Assembly (NCBI GenBank): GCA_951406725.2
Contig: OX597817.1
Location: 110,422,001-110,486,000 of the forward strand
Reading direction: 5' to 3'
Length of the DNA: 64,000 nucleotides
Source of the DNA: Octopus vulgaris
Taxonomy: Eukaryota
Positions 24,501 to 37,512 of this stretch are shown here, piece by piece. The first letter of the stretch is position 1. Every line of letters begins with the position of its first letter. The translations under genes were made by a program, and so were the position numbers. A model generated the notes under the pieces. It was not told where the DNA came from, searched no databases, and saw nothing but the letters and a program-made list of their open reading frames with translations.

Positions 24501-27500
24501 ACCATCAAGTAACACTAGAAAGCATCAATTACAGAAGCTTCAAATTACTGAAGGTTTTGCTGTAGCTAATGTCGATAGAATTAGATTGGAAAAGATGCTG
24601 TTACGGTTTGTGTCATGCTGTTAAAAAACATAAATACCATATTTTTTGCTAAACCACTTCAGAAGCTTAAACTAACCATTTCACTTCGCATTAACTGGTC
24701 TGAAGAAGGCCTTTCATACTAGGTACATGTAAATTACTTATGAGAACCATTTAAGCTATGTACTTTCCCAACCACATGGTTCTGGGTTCAGTCTCCATTG
24801 CATACCACTTTGGGCAAGTGTTCTCTATTACAACCTGAAGCTGACCAAAGCCTTGTTAGTGGATTTGGTAGATGGAAACTGAAAGAAGCTTGTGTGTGTG
24901 TGTGTGTATGTGTTTGTATGTGTTGGTCCCTATCACTGCTTGGCAACCAATGTTGGTGTGTTTACATCACCATAACTTAGCAGTTCAGCAAAAGAGATTA
25001 ATAGAATAAGTTCCTGGCTTTAAAATAAAAAATACTGGTGTTAAGTCATTTGGCTAAAAATTCTTCTAGGCAGTGCCCCATCATGGCTGCAGTCTAATGA
25101 CTAAAACAAATAAAAGGTAAAAGATACTAGTAGGTGTTCAGCTGGGACATACCTTTGGCTCCCTTCCATTCAGTATAGTACTTGGGGCTATAATACTAGT
25201 GTTCTTGGAAATTTTATATATACTGATGAAAAAGAAAAAGGTCTGCATTCCAAAGGTCTAAAGGTCAATACAACAAAGACCAAAATGTTAGCAGTAAAAA
25301 GTTTAAAATACCAGAGAAATATGCTACAGTTTTTTTTCTTTTTCCACTATGTTTATAGTTTCCCTGTTATTGTTATTCATTGTAATTACAAATTTATTAT
25401 TCATACAAAAGAGAAAAAGACCCATATTCATGTCTGGTCAGTAGTCTTTAGCATATGTTTCTATTTAGCGCAGAAAGAAACAAATATACAAACCTTACTG
25501 TAGAAAAAAATAAAAGGGTGTAAGGAGAGTTTTATTATACATGTTTTAAATTCTTGTCAATAACTTTATCTCCAACCTTCTTTACAGTGTTTTTCTTCCA
25601 TCACTCGTGAGCGAAATGGGGAGTTAATCCATCAAAAAGGTTGCACTGAACGACCAGAACTGCTTAGTTGCAACCCAAGTCGGAGTGTCACGTATTTAAT
25701 TAAATGCTGCAATGAAAGTTGGTGCAACACCAATATGACCCTTTCACTATCTCCTGAACCTACTCCAGGTAATTTATGTACACTAAAACATTCTTTGTTT
25801 TATTCGATATTGCTATGTATTGCTATTGTAATGGTGGTGCAGCTAGTAGAGAACTGGATTTGATGTTGATGCTTTTTATGGTACTCACTATTTGATACTT
25901 TGTAGTCATCTGCTCAAAATATTCAGTAGTTCTTTTCATTAGTACCTGTCCAACAATGATTATAAGAACAACTTCACTACTTCAACTATGATTATAAAAA
26001 ATACTTCTCGTGATTTTAGCAAGAAGGCATTTCTTGTTGAAAGAACCCAGTGTTCCTGTTCCTCACTGCTGCTAAGACAACTGAGTAGATTAGGTTATTT
26101 ACAATATTCAGGTTTGGGTTTGTTTCTCTGGAAAGAATTTCTTGGGCGTTCTAGTTATATTTAGCTTATTGAATTAGAGAAGTGCTCCTTGACTTTCTTC
26201 ACTTGCAGTACACTTATATTCTTTTCAAAATTCAGTAACACACCTGAACTAAAAATATAACTAAAAGTATATGGAAAAAAATTTTGTTCAGGTGTCTTTG
26301 TAGCACACCTAGCATCATCTCATGACACACCAGTGTGTCGCAGCATACCGGTTGCAGAGCACTGACTTAGAGGAGAAAGGGCAGCAACCAAGACCCTTTT
26401 CAAGACCTTTATCTTTACAATTTCTTCCAACTCACCTCTTTCACTGGCTAAATATCAATAGTTGTTTCATGAAGTTATATCCAGTTCTAGTTAACTCCTT
26501 GACAACGGTTGATGCAAATATGCGATCACACTTTCGCTTGCCTACCCACGATTAACATAAATATACAACGCTATGTTATTGTAATGGTGAACGTAAATAG
26601 GCGCAAGCTTGTTGGCACTTGTGTGTTTGTGTGGCCTCATTAGATAAAAAAAAATCCCAGAGCAGTGTCTCGCATGCTTCGGGTAATACTGGCGTCAAGG
26701 GATTAATATGTTATCATTAAGCCAGAACAGGCTTTTCTCCTGTTACAATGATCCAATACTCTATAGAAGTGAAGTAGTTTCTCTGTGCCTTAACAGTGGG
26801 ACAAAGAAGTTTTATCATTTATTTCCGCTACAATAATGTAACCCTATTAGATTTGTTTCATCTATATTCTTATCACTGAAAATTTGAATTCTTTTGTAAT
26901 TGCTTTGTATAGTCAGGTCAGGGATTGTCTCATCACAGGCTGATGAGACCTGCTACTGGTACCATGTAGACCAGAACTACTTGTTCCACGGTCAAGTGGT
27001 CCACAACTAAACTAGCTCTCCCACTTGAATAGCTTGCTACTCTTGTGAGGAGGGTGGATAAGCTCCTTGTGGGTCAATGGCTGTTCAGTTGGGGAAGGCA
27101 ATAGCAAATCACCCCAATATCTCTATGAGGAAATCCAAATGAGGCAGTGCTATGAATTCATTTAATGGGAGAACTTGCTTAATCTGGAAGCCTTTTGTTG
27201 TAGTGTCATCATGCTGCAAAGCATACAAATACATGACAACAATGAATTGCTTCCATAATTCTAAATGAAAAGCCATCACCAAATGTTTTTTTTTTTTGAC
27301 TGCTAGACTTGTATTAAATTTGATAGAAATCTTACTGAGGTTATTCAAATGACAACCAAACCCCGTTTCTGTATTACACAACAATGAATATTCAGTATTG
27401 CTTGGATAAACAATATTTTGAGAAACTGAAAGAAAATTATAATACAACTAGAGCTAACAGAAAAAAAATTAACTTTAAAAGGACTCTAATATAATAACTA

Positions 27501-30473
27501 TAGCTCATATATGAAATAGTTTCTCCATACCATTCAATTACATGAACCAGTGAATTATTTCTCAAGGACAATTGGTGCAGCAGGAATAGTTCCAAATATA
27601 TATACTTATAACTTCTTACATCCAGTCATAGATTTCCTTGTCATTAACCAACTTCATAAAATCTAACCAGTTTTGTATTTGATATTTTTGAAGTTAATAA
27701 TAAAAAAAAAATGACATAACATCCAGTATAAAATTACAATTGGAAACAAAGTTTCAACTCTGGTTGTTAGACCAGTGAACAATAAAATGGAGATTTACGT
27801 TTACCTGTTTTATTTATGTTCTTGTAGCTCTAGCCTAATGCAACTTGTATTTGTCAACAGTCAACTAGTATTCTAAAACCATTCTGTTTCCCTAAACAAT
27901 ATTTGTTTCTTTCATTAAACAACAGTAAAGAATCCTTCACTTGTGCTTCTATTAAGCATCCTCATACTTATTGCTCTGTTTAATGCTGCAATACTGGCTT
28001 TCATTGCTTATATTCGATGGAAGCACAAATGTCGAATGGAGGATTTTGGTGCACGAGAACCATGCCTTTTAGAAGATAGTGAACGTAAAGCTAGCAAGGA
28101 TGAGAAGGGTTCACTGAAGGTAAGCAGAATTTATTCAGTTTGAAATATTTTATCTATTTATTATTATAAAAAATAAAAAAATAATAAATCCGATTGAGAT
28201 TGTGTAATGTATTTGAATACTGATCATAAGAATTAACTGTTCAAAACATGGCTACAATCTTGGGCACGGTATGACTATGTAGTTAAAAAGTTTACTTCAC
28301 ACCAATGTGGTTTTCTAAGTTGATTCCAATTATGCCCAACTCTGTGTAAGTGGCTTTGACCATAAACTCCGGTTGACCAATACCTTGTGATTGGAATTTG
28401 TGACAGAAACTGAATGAAAGTTTATTGTTTGTGTATGTGTATTGGGTCCTTTCTAGAAAATAGACTCTGGTCACCCACCCATAATTTTTTAAAGTTAATA
28501 AATAATATTAGCTAAAGGATATCTAGTTTGTCATCGAATAACAATATTTTTGGTTATGCAGGCCCCCAGCTATAATTAAATATTAGAGTCTAGTGGATTC
28601 AAAAACAAGATAATTCACGTTCTTCATCCCTGCTATTTCAGACTAAGATGAAATGCTGTCTGATCAGCTGGTTTACTTCTTTTTTTAATCAAAAAATTTT
28701 TTTTGTTTAATGTTATGTCCAATATTACCAAGAAATTACTAGTGTTAGTTGATAAGCATTTCTCTATTAACTATAGTTACAAAAAGATATTTAATATGAA
28801 CATTCTTAAACTGAGTTTCCATTATACTATTAATATGAAGAATCTAATCACTAGTAAATTATTAAGGCTATCTATACATGCAGGAATATTAATGCATGTC
28901 CATTCAATCCATCATAATTCTGAAGTAGTAGTTATCTTCACCAAACTTTAATGTAATGCCAAAACACTACATAGATATGACAAAAGGTAAATTTTGATAA
29001 AAGTACTTCATCCATACTTCTTTATTTGGGCATATAAAAGAATTGAGGTATGTAGCAAAATTGCATAATATCTTGCCTTTGAAAGAATATGCTAATGATT
29101 TCAGTATCAACTAGAAAATTTTTGAGATGTACAGGATTTTTAAAGGTTGGACCAAAAATACAATTTCCTTCCAGTTGAGAAACACCTAATATTAAAAAAA
29201 ATACTTTCATTATTCTGTCTAAATGCAATGTTTGAAATTTTTACAAAATGTTAGCACTTTGACAGTGTCTAGAGAAAACTGAAATTTGTTACTACCATCT
29301 ATTTATACAATTCCACATGTAATTTTCACCTGCTTTTCACATATCATTTACGTTTCTACATAATTGAGTAAATTTTTCCCCTTTTTGTTTTGATCTAAAT
29401 GAATCCTCCATATATGTCGAACTGTCTTTGTGCTGGACAGTTCAACAGCATCTTATAAGCCAGAGGACTGGGTTAGACTCTAGTGACTGCTTTGACATGA
29501 TTTCTACAGCTGGATGTCCTTCCTAATGCCAGCCATTTTATAAAGTGTACCAGTTATTTTTTTCCATGGCACTGGTTCAAGTGAGGTCACCAAGTAACTC
29601 ACAACACAAAACCACTCAACTGAGTTGGGGTATAGTATTGAGGGAGATGACTGTATGTAAGGTGTTGAAATGTTAAATATGATAGTGATAAGAACAAGTG
29701 TCAGCTAGCTGGAAAGAGAGAAAACAGATAGTGGTGATGACATGTCACAAAGTGAATGTATAAGAGAATAGGAATGGGTTTGTAGTATAATTATTTTATT
29801 GCCTGTTGAATATTGGTTTCCTCCTTAACAAGCAGAATTTAAGCATGAAGAACAACAGCAAGGTTATATGGTATTTCCAGCCATTAAAGGGAAAGAACTC
29901 ATTTAAATTTATGAATTGTGCCCCATTTAATCTGCCACCATCTGTCAGTATGCTGCTACTGGAAACCTTCTTTATCCAGAACATTTCAACACTTTTGGCT
30001 AATGTTTATTGTCTGATTGCTTAATTATTTCATTAAGCATGAACTCAAACTTAAAATCTATTTTCTGTAACAAACTGTATTGCTTATATATGCACTGACA
30101 TAGCCATGCGGTTAAGAACTTTATTGCTAAACTATGTGGCTTCCAGTTCAGTCCCTGGGTGCATCCCACCTAACAAGTGTCTTCAACTATTGCCTCATGC
30201 TCACTAAAGCATTAGAAGTGAATTTCGTAAACTGAAACTGACAAAGAGGCCTGTTGTTGGTATGTGCATCTTCTTGTCTTGACCTAGTGTGCTAATTGTA
30301 AGTAAACACTACCACCATACAAGTAGCGCCACTTGTTTGCAATCTTTTGTGTAACATGTCCAACCTAAGTTAAAACATCACAGGTGATGGTCGGGGACAG
30401 GAAGAGCATCCAACTTTTAAAAAAAGTTGCCTCCCAAAATAACAAGCATGGAAAAGTAGACATTAAAATATTG

Positions 30474-30512
<39 letters not shown>

Positions 30513-30612
30513 CAGCTGGATGCCCTTCCTAACACCAACCACTCATAGGAGCCAGTCAGGCAGGACTGGCATCGACCACATTCAGATGGTGCTTTTTAGA
30601 TACTACCAGCAC

Positions 30613-30652
<40 letters not shown>

Positions 30653-33600
30653 TGAAGTTACTGGGATGTAAACAAATCAACAACAGTTATCAAGCAGTGG
30701 TGGGGCATAAATACAATACATGCACAAAGACCCACACATGTGTATTTGTATATAACAGCCTTCTTTCAGTTACCCACTACCAAATCCACTCACATGTCAG
30801 TCAGCCCTGAGCTATGCTAAAAGACACTTGCCCAGAGTGCCACGCAGTAGGACTGAACTTGGAACTATGTGGTTAAAGAGCAAACTTCTTACCACACAGT
30901 CATGCTCATGCTATTAAACCAATATCCTGACCATTCAGCAAAGTGCAATTTTCAGTTTTATGTGATGGTGTGAGAGTAAATTCAGATTGAAAAAATAACA
31001 GTTCATATCAAGTAACCATATTAAACTAGACATTATAGTTATGTTGTGATATGTTTTTGTTGCTTTAAAACCAAAGATTGTGCAATATATTTGTGTTTTT
31101 ACAGGAGCTTTATGAACAATCAGTAACATCTGGAAGTGGATCTGGTTTGCCTTTTCTTGTTCAAAGTACTGTAGCCAGACAAGTCATGATGGTTGAAATG
31201 ATTGGTAAGTATTGTCAAGCTTGACTCTATATGGTTTAATTATATGCATAAAATTACCAAAGAACATTGACATATATAACAAAAATGGCCAGCTGTCTCT
31301 GTTGCTGTGTATGTTAGATGAAAACCAATGAGTGGACAGTGGGATGCTATGATAGATATCAAATCCATGCAACTATGGAAAAAAATGGGTATAAAATAAT
31401 GATGTCAGTGGCTGTGATCTGCCTGCCAACACCATCTGTGGTTCTCTGTGAAGTAAATGGATGTCTGTCAGTTTCCCCAATGAAGATTAAGTTGTTTGGT
31501 CAGCCGATACACCTTTTTATTGAATTAATGTGTGATTGGCTGAATACTTCACAGGTATGTGTATCCTTAACATAATTCTCAGGTGGAATCAGTGTGACAT
31601 GATATGTTACAAGATTGTACCTTTGACTTGCAAGTTCAGTCTGTTCAGTGGGCTTCCTAACAGTTTCCATCTACTGAATTTTATTCACAAGGTCACAAGG
31701 TTTGAATTGATCCAATGGGTAGAATATCTGAGCTGGGTATGGTCGGTTTAAATGCTGAAGGGTTAAGTATCCTCTGCTACACATTTGCTTGTGTAGTAGA
31801 GGATTTTACTTTTGGTTTGTCTCTTCTGTCACCTATGTGTAAGAATCTATTCACATTCTGCCCCTCCCACTACTACACACATACTAGGCACCACTCTATG
31901 TATATATGTGAGAATCTAAGAAGATATGTGAAAAATAGAAAATGTCAATCATCTAACTTAATGATTATGGTTGAAGGTGCTGGATGATATCTAGCAAAGA
32001 CTGAAAAGCTACTCTGAGCACCAATGTGATCTAGTTGAGCACCAGATCACATTGAGTGAAAAACAGCGCATTTAAATCATCAATTAACGATGAAAATTTA
32101 CCAAACTATTAAGCAGTTACTAAAATGTTGATTTTAAATACCTCCGTATGGTTAAAATTGTTTAGATAAAAATATGTAATTAGAGTGTGAGTAAGTTGTA
32201 AAATTATTTGTTAATGTCTTGAATTTGTGTCGTTTTGTTGACTTTCTACAAAAATATGGCTTAGTAACAGTGTGGAATATAATTTCTTGTAATACTGTGT
32301 ATACTGCTATTCTTAATAATCCTTTGCATTGGGTAAAAATCAGGAAAGAAATGATGTTAAATTGATAGGTGAATATGTTTATTTTTATTGTTATAAACAT
32401 TTAGCATTCAGATTCTCCTGTCAAATGTAAAGTTTATTTATCCACATTGTTTTGAATTAATTGTGCATTATCTCATAGCTTCAAGATTTTGATGATGTGA
32501 TTGTCTATTTTTAGAATGACATTAAAAGGTAGGTGTAAAATGTTGGATCAGGCCAGTTTGAGCATAAAACAGACAGAATATTTTGGTCAGATATGGCCAG
32601 TTTAAATACTAAAGTGTTAAAAGAAAGTGGAAAGACAAAATTTTTAGAGCAAAGGTAGTTAAAGGGCAAAAATAGCCAGGGAAAATACCTTGTCTATATT
32701 CTGACTCTAAAGCTTGTCGGGATTGACTTTGCTTTTCACCTTTCTGGGTGCTGGGCATTGATTCAATTCATTACACTCCCTCCCATAATTGTGTGGTTTT
32801 ATGCCAATATAAGAAATTATATTAAATTAACAAATTTTGTTTTGATTTCAGGTAAAGGACGATATGGAGAAGTGTGGAAAGGAACCTATCATGGTGAAGT
32901 TGTTGCTGTCAAGACATTTTCTTCTCGAGATGAAGCCAGCTGGGATCGTGAAACTGAAATTTATAACACCGTTTTACTACGTCATGATAATATTCTTGGA
33001 TACTTAGCATCAGACATGACCAGTCGTAACTCATGCACTCAGCTATGGCTCATCATGCACTACCATGTCAATGGCTCCCTCTATGACTACTTACAGAGAG
33101 TAGTTTTAAACCATCAGTCGATGCTACTTCTGGCTTATTCAGCAGCAGCAGGTCTTGTTCACCTTCATTCAGAAATTCTTGGAAAACAAGGAAAGCCTGC
33201 TATTGCACACCGGGATATTAAATCAAAGAATATCCTGGTCAAAAAAGATGGTTCCTGTTGCATTGGTGATCTTGGACTTGCTGTCATACACAGTCAAACA
33301 ACGAACACCTTAGATCTTGGAAACAACACCAAGGTGGGGACAAAACGTTACATGGCACCCGAGGTCCTTGATGATCATTTGAACACTTATCTATTTGAGT
33401 CATTCAAATGTATTGATGTGTATGCCTTTGGTCTGGTTCTCTGGGAAATAACACGCCGTTGTGCTCTTGGAGGTAATTCAACTTCTTTTATTTATTTTTT
33501 TTTTAAGTTGTACCAATTCTATTATGTTCAGAATATTTCTGAATATATATTAATGTTTACTTGTTTATTGCTGAGTACGTTTTGTTTATTGAAGTATGCA

Positions 33601-36600
33601 TGTGTGTGTAAAGCTTGATGAGTTTGTATTTTGAGATATTCATGAGTTCTGCCCTAAATGCACTTAGTAATGCAATCAATTTTCAAATCATTGCTCACTT
33701 CAAAATAAGAAAATATCTTAGTATAAGCAAATGGAGGAGCCTTAGAAGTTATTCAAGCAGAGCACTGTTTAAAAATATTATTTGAGGTTTTAGAAAATCA
33801 ACACTAATGCTTGAGTATCTTGAAAAACAAACATCTTATTCATAAATTTGTTATACACATGTGTGATCTATAAAATAAGGTAAGCAATATTTTTCTAAGT
33901 TTTTGTCTCTCTATGCAAAGTGCAGCATTAACTTTTTATCTGATCCCCAGTGCATCAGAAAATAGAAAAAATGTTAAGAACCACTGCAATATGTGGTTGA
34001 CCTACTCAAAATAGCAGTCGTTTTTGATTTGTCTGTTAAAAATCATACCCTACCACTAGAAAAGATGCAATGATCACAGCTAGAAGCTCTTTTCATTATT
34101 TCTGTTCAGTCTAAACTGATCTAGAGCAAACAACAACTATCCAAATTTAGGGTGAAACTCTACTCTTATTCTTGATATTGATAAATTCTAAAAATAGAAT
34201 TTTGTATTTATATATATAAAAAATATATATATTTAAAAGAAATGTGTCATTTATTTTATACAATCTATGTTGACCTATTAATGCTTTTTATGAGTTTGGA
34301 GTAAAATATTTATTTGAAAAATGAATAGAAATGTATACATGTGTGTAACATGAAACATAGCATGTAATTATTTAAGTACTAAATAATTAGATCTATTAAA
34401 ATATTGAAAGAAAGGAACATTTCCTATTTGCTTTACCACGCTGACAGGTTAGTCAATATTTATCAGAATTTTTCCATAGAGCCTATTTTATGAGTTATCT
34501 ACCCTTATGCGGTTAATTTTCATCCTCGCTTCTTTTGAAATTAACTGAAGTGAAATAATATAAGGTAGGTTTCCCAACGACATAATGTGGTTTCTAAACT
34601 ATAAACATATAAGTAAAAATATTGTATTAATTAACCCTTTTGTGGCCGCATTTTCAGTGAAATACCCTATATACATATATTTTCTATCACTTTGATAAAT
34701 AATTGAAAACTTAAGGGATGTTTTTAAACTAACTTCTCCATTAAGTTTGGTGTTTGTAAACTTAACAAAAGTTTCTTACATAGAGTCACGATGGAATTTA
34801 AAATTTAGGTATGAATATTTTATGAAAGTGATAGTTTTGTGTTACAGAAGCAGAGATTGTCTGGGGCAAGTTGGTATCAAGAGATGATATTACTTTCAAC
34901 AGATTTCTGTTCATTTTCAGTTATTCTTATTCAAATGCATCAATGCTCTATGGCAAATACTTTTAACATTTGCTCTGCAATAGCTGATGCTATAGAGATA
35001 AAAAGTACTTTATGGTAGAATGCTATTTTGTGCCTAGGTCTTAATTAAGATAATTCAGAAACACACTTGCTCAAAAGTGTCAGCATTATAATTCCAGTTT
35101 CTCCTATCCTTAAAGTCAATAAGTTTGTACTTTTCTAAGTCATATATCTCTTACTACAAAGAGTCAAGCAATCAATTTTTTTTTCTTTCTTATACTTATT
35201 TCAGTAAGTCATTAGACTATGGCCAAGCTGGAGCACCGCCGTGAAGAATCTTTAGTTGAATGAATCGATCCCACTACTTATTTTAAAATTATTTTTTTGA
35301 TAGGCCTGGTACTTATCCTGTTGGTCTCTTTTGCCAGATCTTTAAGTTATGGGGACATAAACACACTAACACTGGTTGTCAAGTGGTGGTGGGGTACAGA
35401 CACACAATCTCACACACATATATGGCAAGCTTCTTTCAGTTTCTGTCTCCCTAATGCACTCACAACACTTTGGTCGGCCCAAGGCTTTGTTGAAGACAAT
35501 TGTCCAGGTTCCAAATTTCTTATTTATTTCACACGTCCATGATACAAATTTTAATGTAATTATTCAGGTCAATAATACTGATGAATAATTTTCTCTTCTA
35601 TTCTGCAGGTATTTCTGAAGAATACAAGCCACCATTTTGGGATGTTGTTCCAAGCGATCCCAGTTTTGAGGATATGAGAAAAGTAGTTTCTGTTGATCAG
35701 CAACGACCCATAATTCCAAACAGATGGACTACTGATCCTGTAAGTATATTTTAGGTTTAGAGAAAGCTTTGTGTTAATGAGCTATGTGATGTATTACAGC
35801 ATTCAAGTTTTGTGCTTCACTACAGTCAATATCTTTCAGGATCAGTGTAGCCAGTACCAGTGCTATAATGAGATTGTGAATCAGTAATACCATCAGCTTT
35901 ACTAAAGTAGACAAACAGTGTAGGAGCCTTTATGTGGTTGCTCACTTCTAGATACAGCAGTCAATCTCCTTCAGTTGTGCATTAACTCTGTTAAAGAAAA
36001 ATGACACATTGGATAATTTTTGCTTCAGAAAGATATTAGTGTTCTGAGTTCAAATCTCAGTGGAATCAGTTTTGCTTTTTTATTCTTCCAGAGTCTGTAA
36101 AATAAGTCTCTATATACAGGTGTTGATTCATTTAAAACTTTGTAAAAAAAAAAAAAAAATCATTGATTTTGTGTTCTGTGAAGTACCTACAATGGAAGAA
36201 ACTGGCTGTCAGATTAACATACACATGTAACAGTTTGTGTACTTTAAATTGTGCTATTACATTCTTGAAATCACTGCTCACTGAAATTATGCAATATATT
36301 ACTTTGAAGAATCTTAGATTAATTCAAATGATTTTTTTCAAATATTTTGGAGATGGAGTTATATATCAATTATATATATTAGTGACAAAGGCAGTATTAA
36401 TGCTGAGAGGTAATAATTATCCCACTAATATGTGGATGTTCTGTTAAACGGACTATACTGTGGTACATATCATGAGAGAAGTTCTCATTGGCTTTTGTTT
36501 ATCTCCCTGCTAGTGATATAAACAAGAGTGCATTTTGCACCAAAAGCCAATATGAAAGTTTTTTACCACAGTAAAGTTTGTTCTTACAGACCATCCATAT

Positions 36601-37512
36601 TTAAGTGAAGATAGCCATAAAAATCAGCCTCAACACACAGCTGGAGTCTGGACAGCTCCCTGCTAGCCAGCTATATGTAAAGCCGTCCTACACATACCAG
36701 TCTGGAAAGTAGACATTAACATTAAACGATGATGATGATGATCTAGTATATCTTAAGAAACCACTTTTCTATTTTACTTGCACATCATTCTTTAATTGGT
36801 TTCTCTGTGCTAGAAATAGGAGCCAAATTTCCTTCAAATCACATCCAACTACGTTAAAAGGAAATATATATTTGATAATATAGCTCAAGTACAATATTCC
36901 AGACAAAAAGACAGGCTGCACATAGCTTGTGTTCCTATGATCATATGTTTGCTTGATCAAAGCTAATTTGGGTTAAGCAACAAAAGAAAATGCTGAAAAA
37001 GAGGTAATCCAAAAATTGTACACACACACACGCACCAGTTATATACTCTGAAGATTGCTTCCAGGTTAATTTTTCTCCTAGATGTGTTATGTACCAAATT
37101 GATTATTTGCACTTATATTGTTCTATGAATATATTAATATGTAACGGAAGTTTATGAATGTCTGTTTAAACTACAGTTGTTGACTTTTACATGTTTTACA
37201 ACTCCTGTATATCATAGATAACCATCTCTGGTACTTACTACCAACTGTTTAGTATGAAGATAAGTAAACAATTCAAGACATTGCTTGATCATAAATTTCA
37301 GATTATATATTTAACCTTATTTTAATAAATGCATTAAAATCTTTGGAGATCTTTTTTAAAGAATAATGTCATTATTTTTGTTGCAGATTCTCAACCAGAT
37401 GGGCAAATTAATGAAAGAGTGCTGGCGCCATGAACCCAAAGCCAGACTGTCAATGCTGCGTGTTAAGAAGAATTTACAGCGTTATATGGATAGACCTGAA
37501 GATGACAATTAA
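18459..37512 (+). CDS. ACVR1: Activin/BMP type I receptor Ser/Thr kinase (ACVR1/ALK2/saxophone-like), spliced gene model of about 500 aa
   Basis: Exons 18459-18540 (tentative), 21050-21117, 25588-25768, 27926-28119, 31105-31204, 32852-33472, 35609-35739 and 37387-37512 all have AG/GT boundaries and join in phase (1503 nt). Translation gives a Cys-rich ectodomain with CCxxxxCN box, a TM helix, the GS box [13 protein letters not shown], and a kinase with the ALK1/2-type L45 loop [14 protein letters not shown]. Confidence 0.93.
19690..20137 (+). mobile_element. RTE LINE 3' end (ORF C-terminus plus 3' UTR tail ending in (GAT)n)
   Basis: [31 protein letters not shown], followed by the tail shared with many repeats in the window (...ggaagggcatcc...tccaacccat...gttaaatg). 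Confidence 0.65.
20300..20638 (+). mobile_element. RTE-clade LINE 3' fragment, second family
   Basis: [12 protein letters not shown]...ASNR, then [23 protein letters not shown], then the tail ccattgtctcccgagac...ggatgccaaca. Confidence 0.7.
21050..21117 (+). CDS. ACVR1: Ectodomain exon ([22 protein letters not shown])
   Basis: Long poly-T tract then aag acceptor; gtaagt donor; CxC..C..C pattern typical of the start of a type I receptor ectodomain. Confidence 0.85.
23580..24255 (-). mobile_element. PLE-like tandem plus inverted repeat with degenerate hammerhead at 24047-24093
   Basis: About 23590-23810 is repeated at about 23905-24130 and inverted at about 24145-24255. Minus strand CUACCA-AUGACAA-GGCC(AAAGAA)GGCC-GAAAU-AACAUG-AUC^UGGUAG. 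Confidence 0.6.
25588..25768 (+). CDS. ACVR1: Ectodomain exon ([19 protein letters not shown]...[22 protein letters not shown])
   Basis: tttacag acceptor, G|gtaat donor; contains the Cys box CCx4CN. Confidence 0.93.
26495..26702. mobile_element. TTAA-flanked MITE (piggyBac-like)
   Basis: TTAA at both ends; imperfect TIRs ctccttgacaacggt / actggcgtcaaggga. Confidence 0.45.
27926..28119 (+). CDS. ACVR1: Transmembrane/juxtamembrane exon
   Basis: aacag acceptor, AAG|gtaagc donor; hydrophobic [25 protein letters not shown] followed by basic RWKHK. Confidence 0.92.
28465..29230 (+). pseudogene. Penelope-like element ORF relic (RT thumb, linker, GIY-YIG endonuclease)
   Basis: SGHPPII...[12 protein letters not shown]...SSGFKNKI; [15 protein letters not shown]...[13 protein letters not shown]; [10 protein letters not shown]...HTSLFGH...DFSIN*KIF. 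These match PLE C-terminal motifs from memory; many stops and frameshifts. Confidence 0.7.
31105..31204 (+). CDS. ACVR1: GS-domain exon ([34 protein letters not shown])
   Basis: ttttacag acceptor, G|gtaagt donor; canonical GS box. Confidence 0.96.
32852..33472 (+). CDS. ACVR1: Main kinase-domain exon
   Basis: [26 protein letters not shown] and GTKRYMAPE motifs; tttcag acceptor, G|gtaat donor. Confidence 0.98.
35609..35739 (+). CDS. ACVR1: Kinase C-lobe exon ([43 protein letters not shown])
   Basis: ttctgcag acceptor, gtaagt donor; closely matches the type I receptor consensus. Confidence 0.96.
37387..37512 (+). CDS. ACVR1: Last coding exon ([41 protein letters not shown])
   Basis: ttgcag acceptor; MKECW..P.ARL..LR.KK motif; TAA at 37510-37512. 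Confidence 0.95.
   Translation: MLNQMGKLMKECWRHEPKARLSMLRVKKNLQRYMDRPEDDN

Noticed and set aside
24700-24730. CUGAAGA-AGGCC as a possible hammerhead
   Set aside because: No closing GGCC-GAAA or helix I partner; at most a truncated relic.
26927-26949. CUGAUGA-GACC as a hammerhead core
   Set aside because: It is one arm of a perfect hairpin (GTCTCATCA-caggc-TGATGAGAC), with no matching GAAA or helix I.
33386-33400. Other kinase substitutions, such as Lys at the human R375-equivalent ([10 protein letters not shown], slightly upstream) and the divergent loop here
   Set aside because: Conservative or variable positions; as I recall, Lys occurs there in other invertebrate orthologues.
32758-33618. 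286-aa ORF as a stand-alone kinase gene
   Set aside because: Only 32852-33472 is exon; the flanks are intronic read-through, and the GS box and C-lobe are on other exons.
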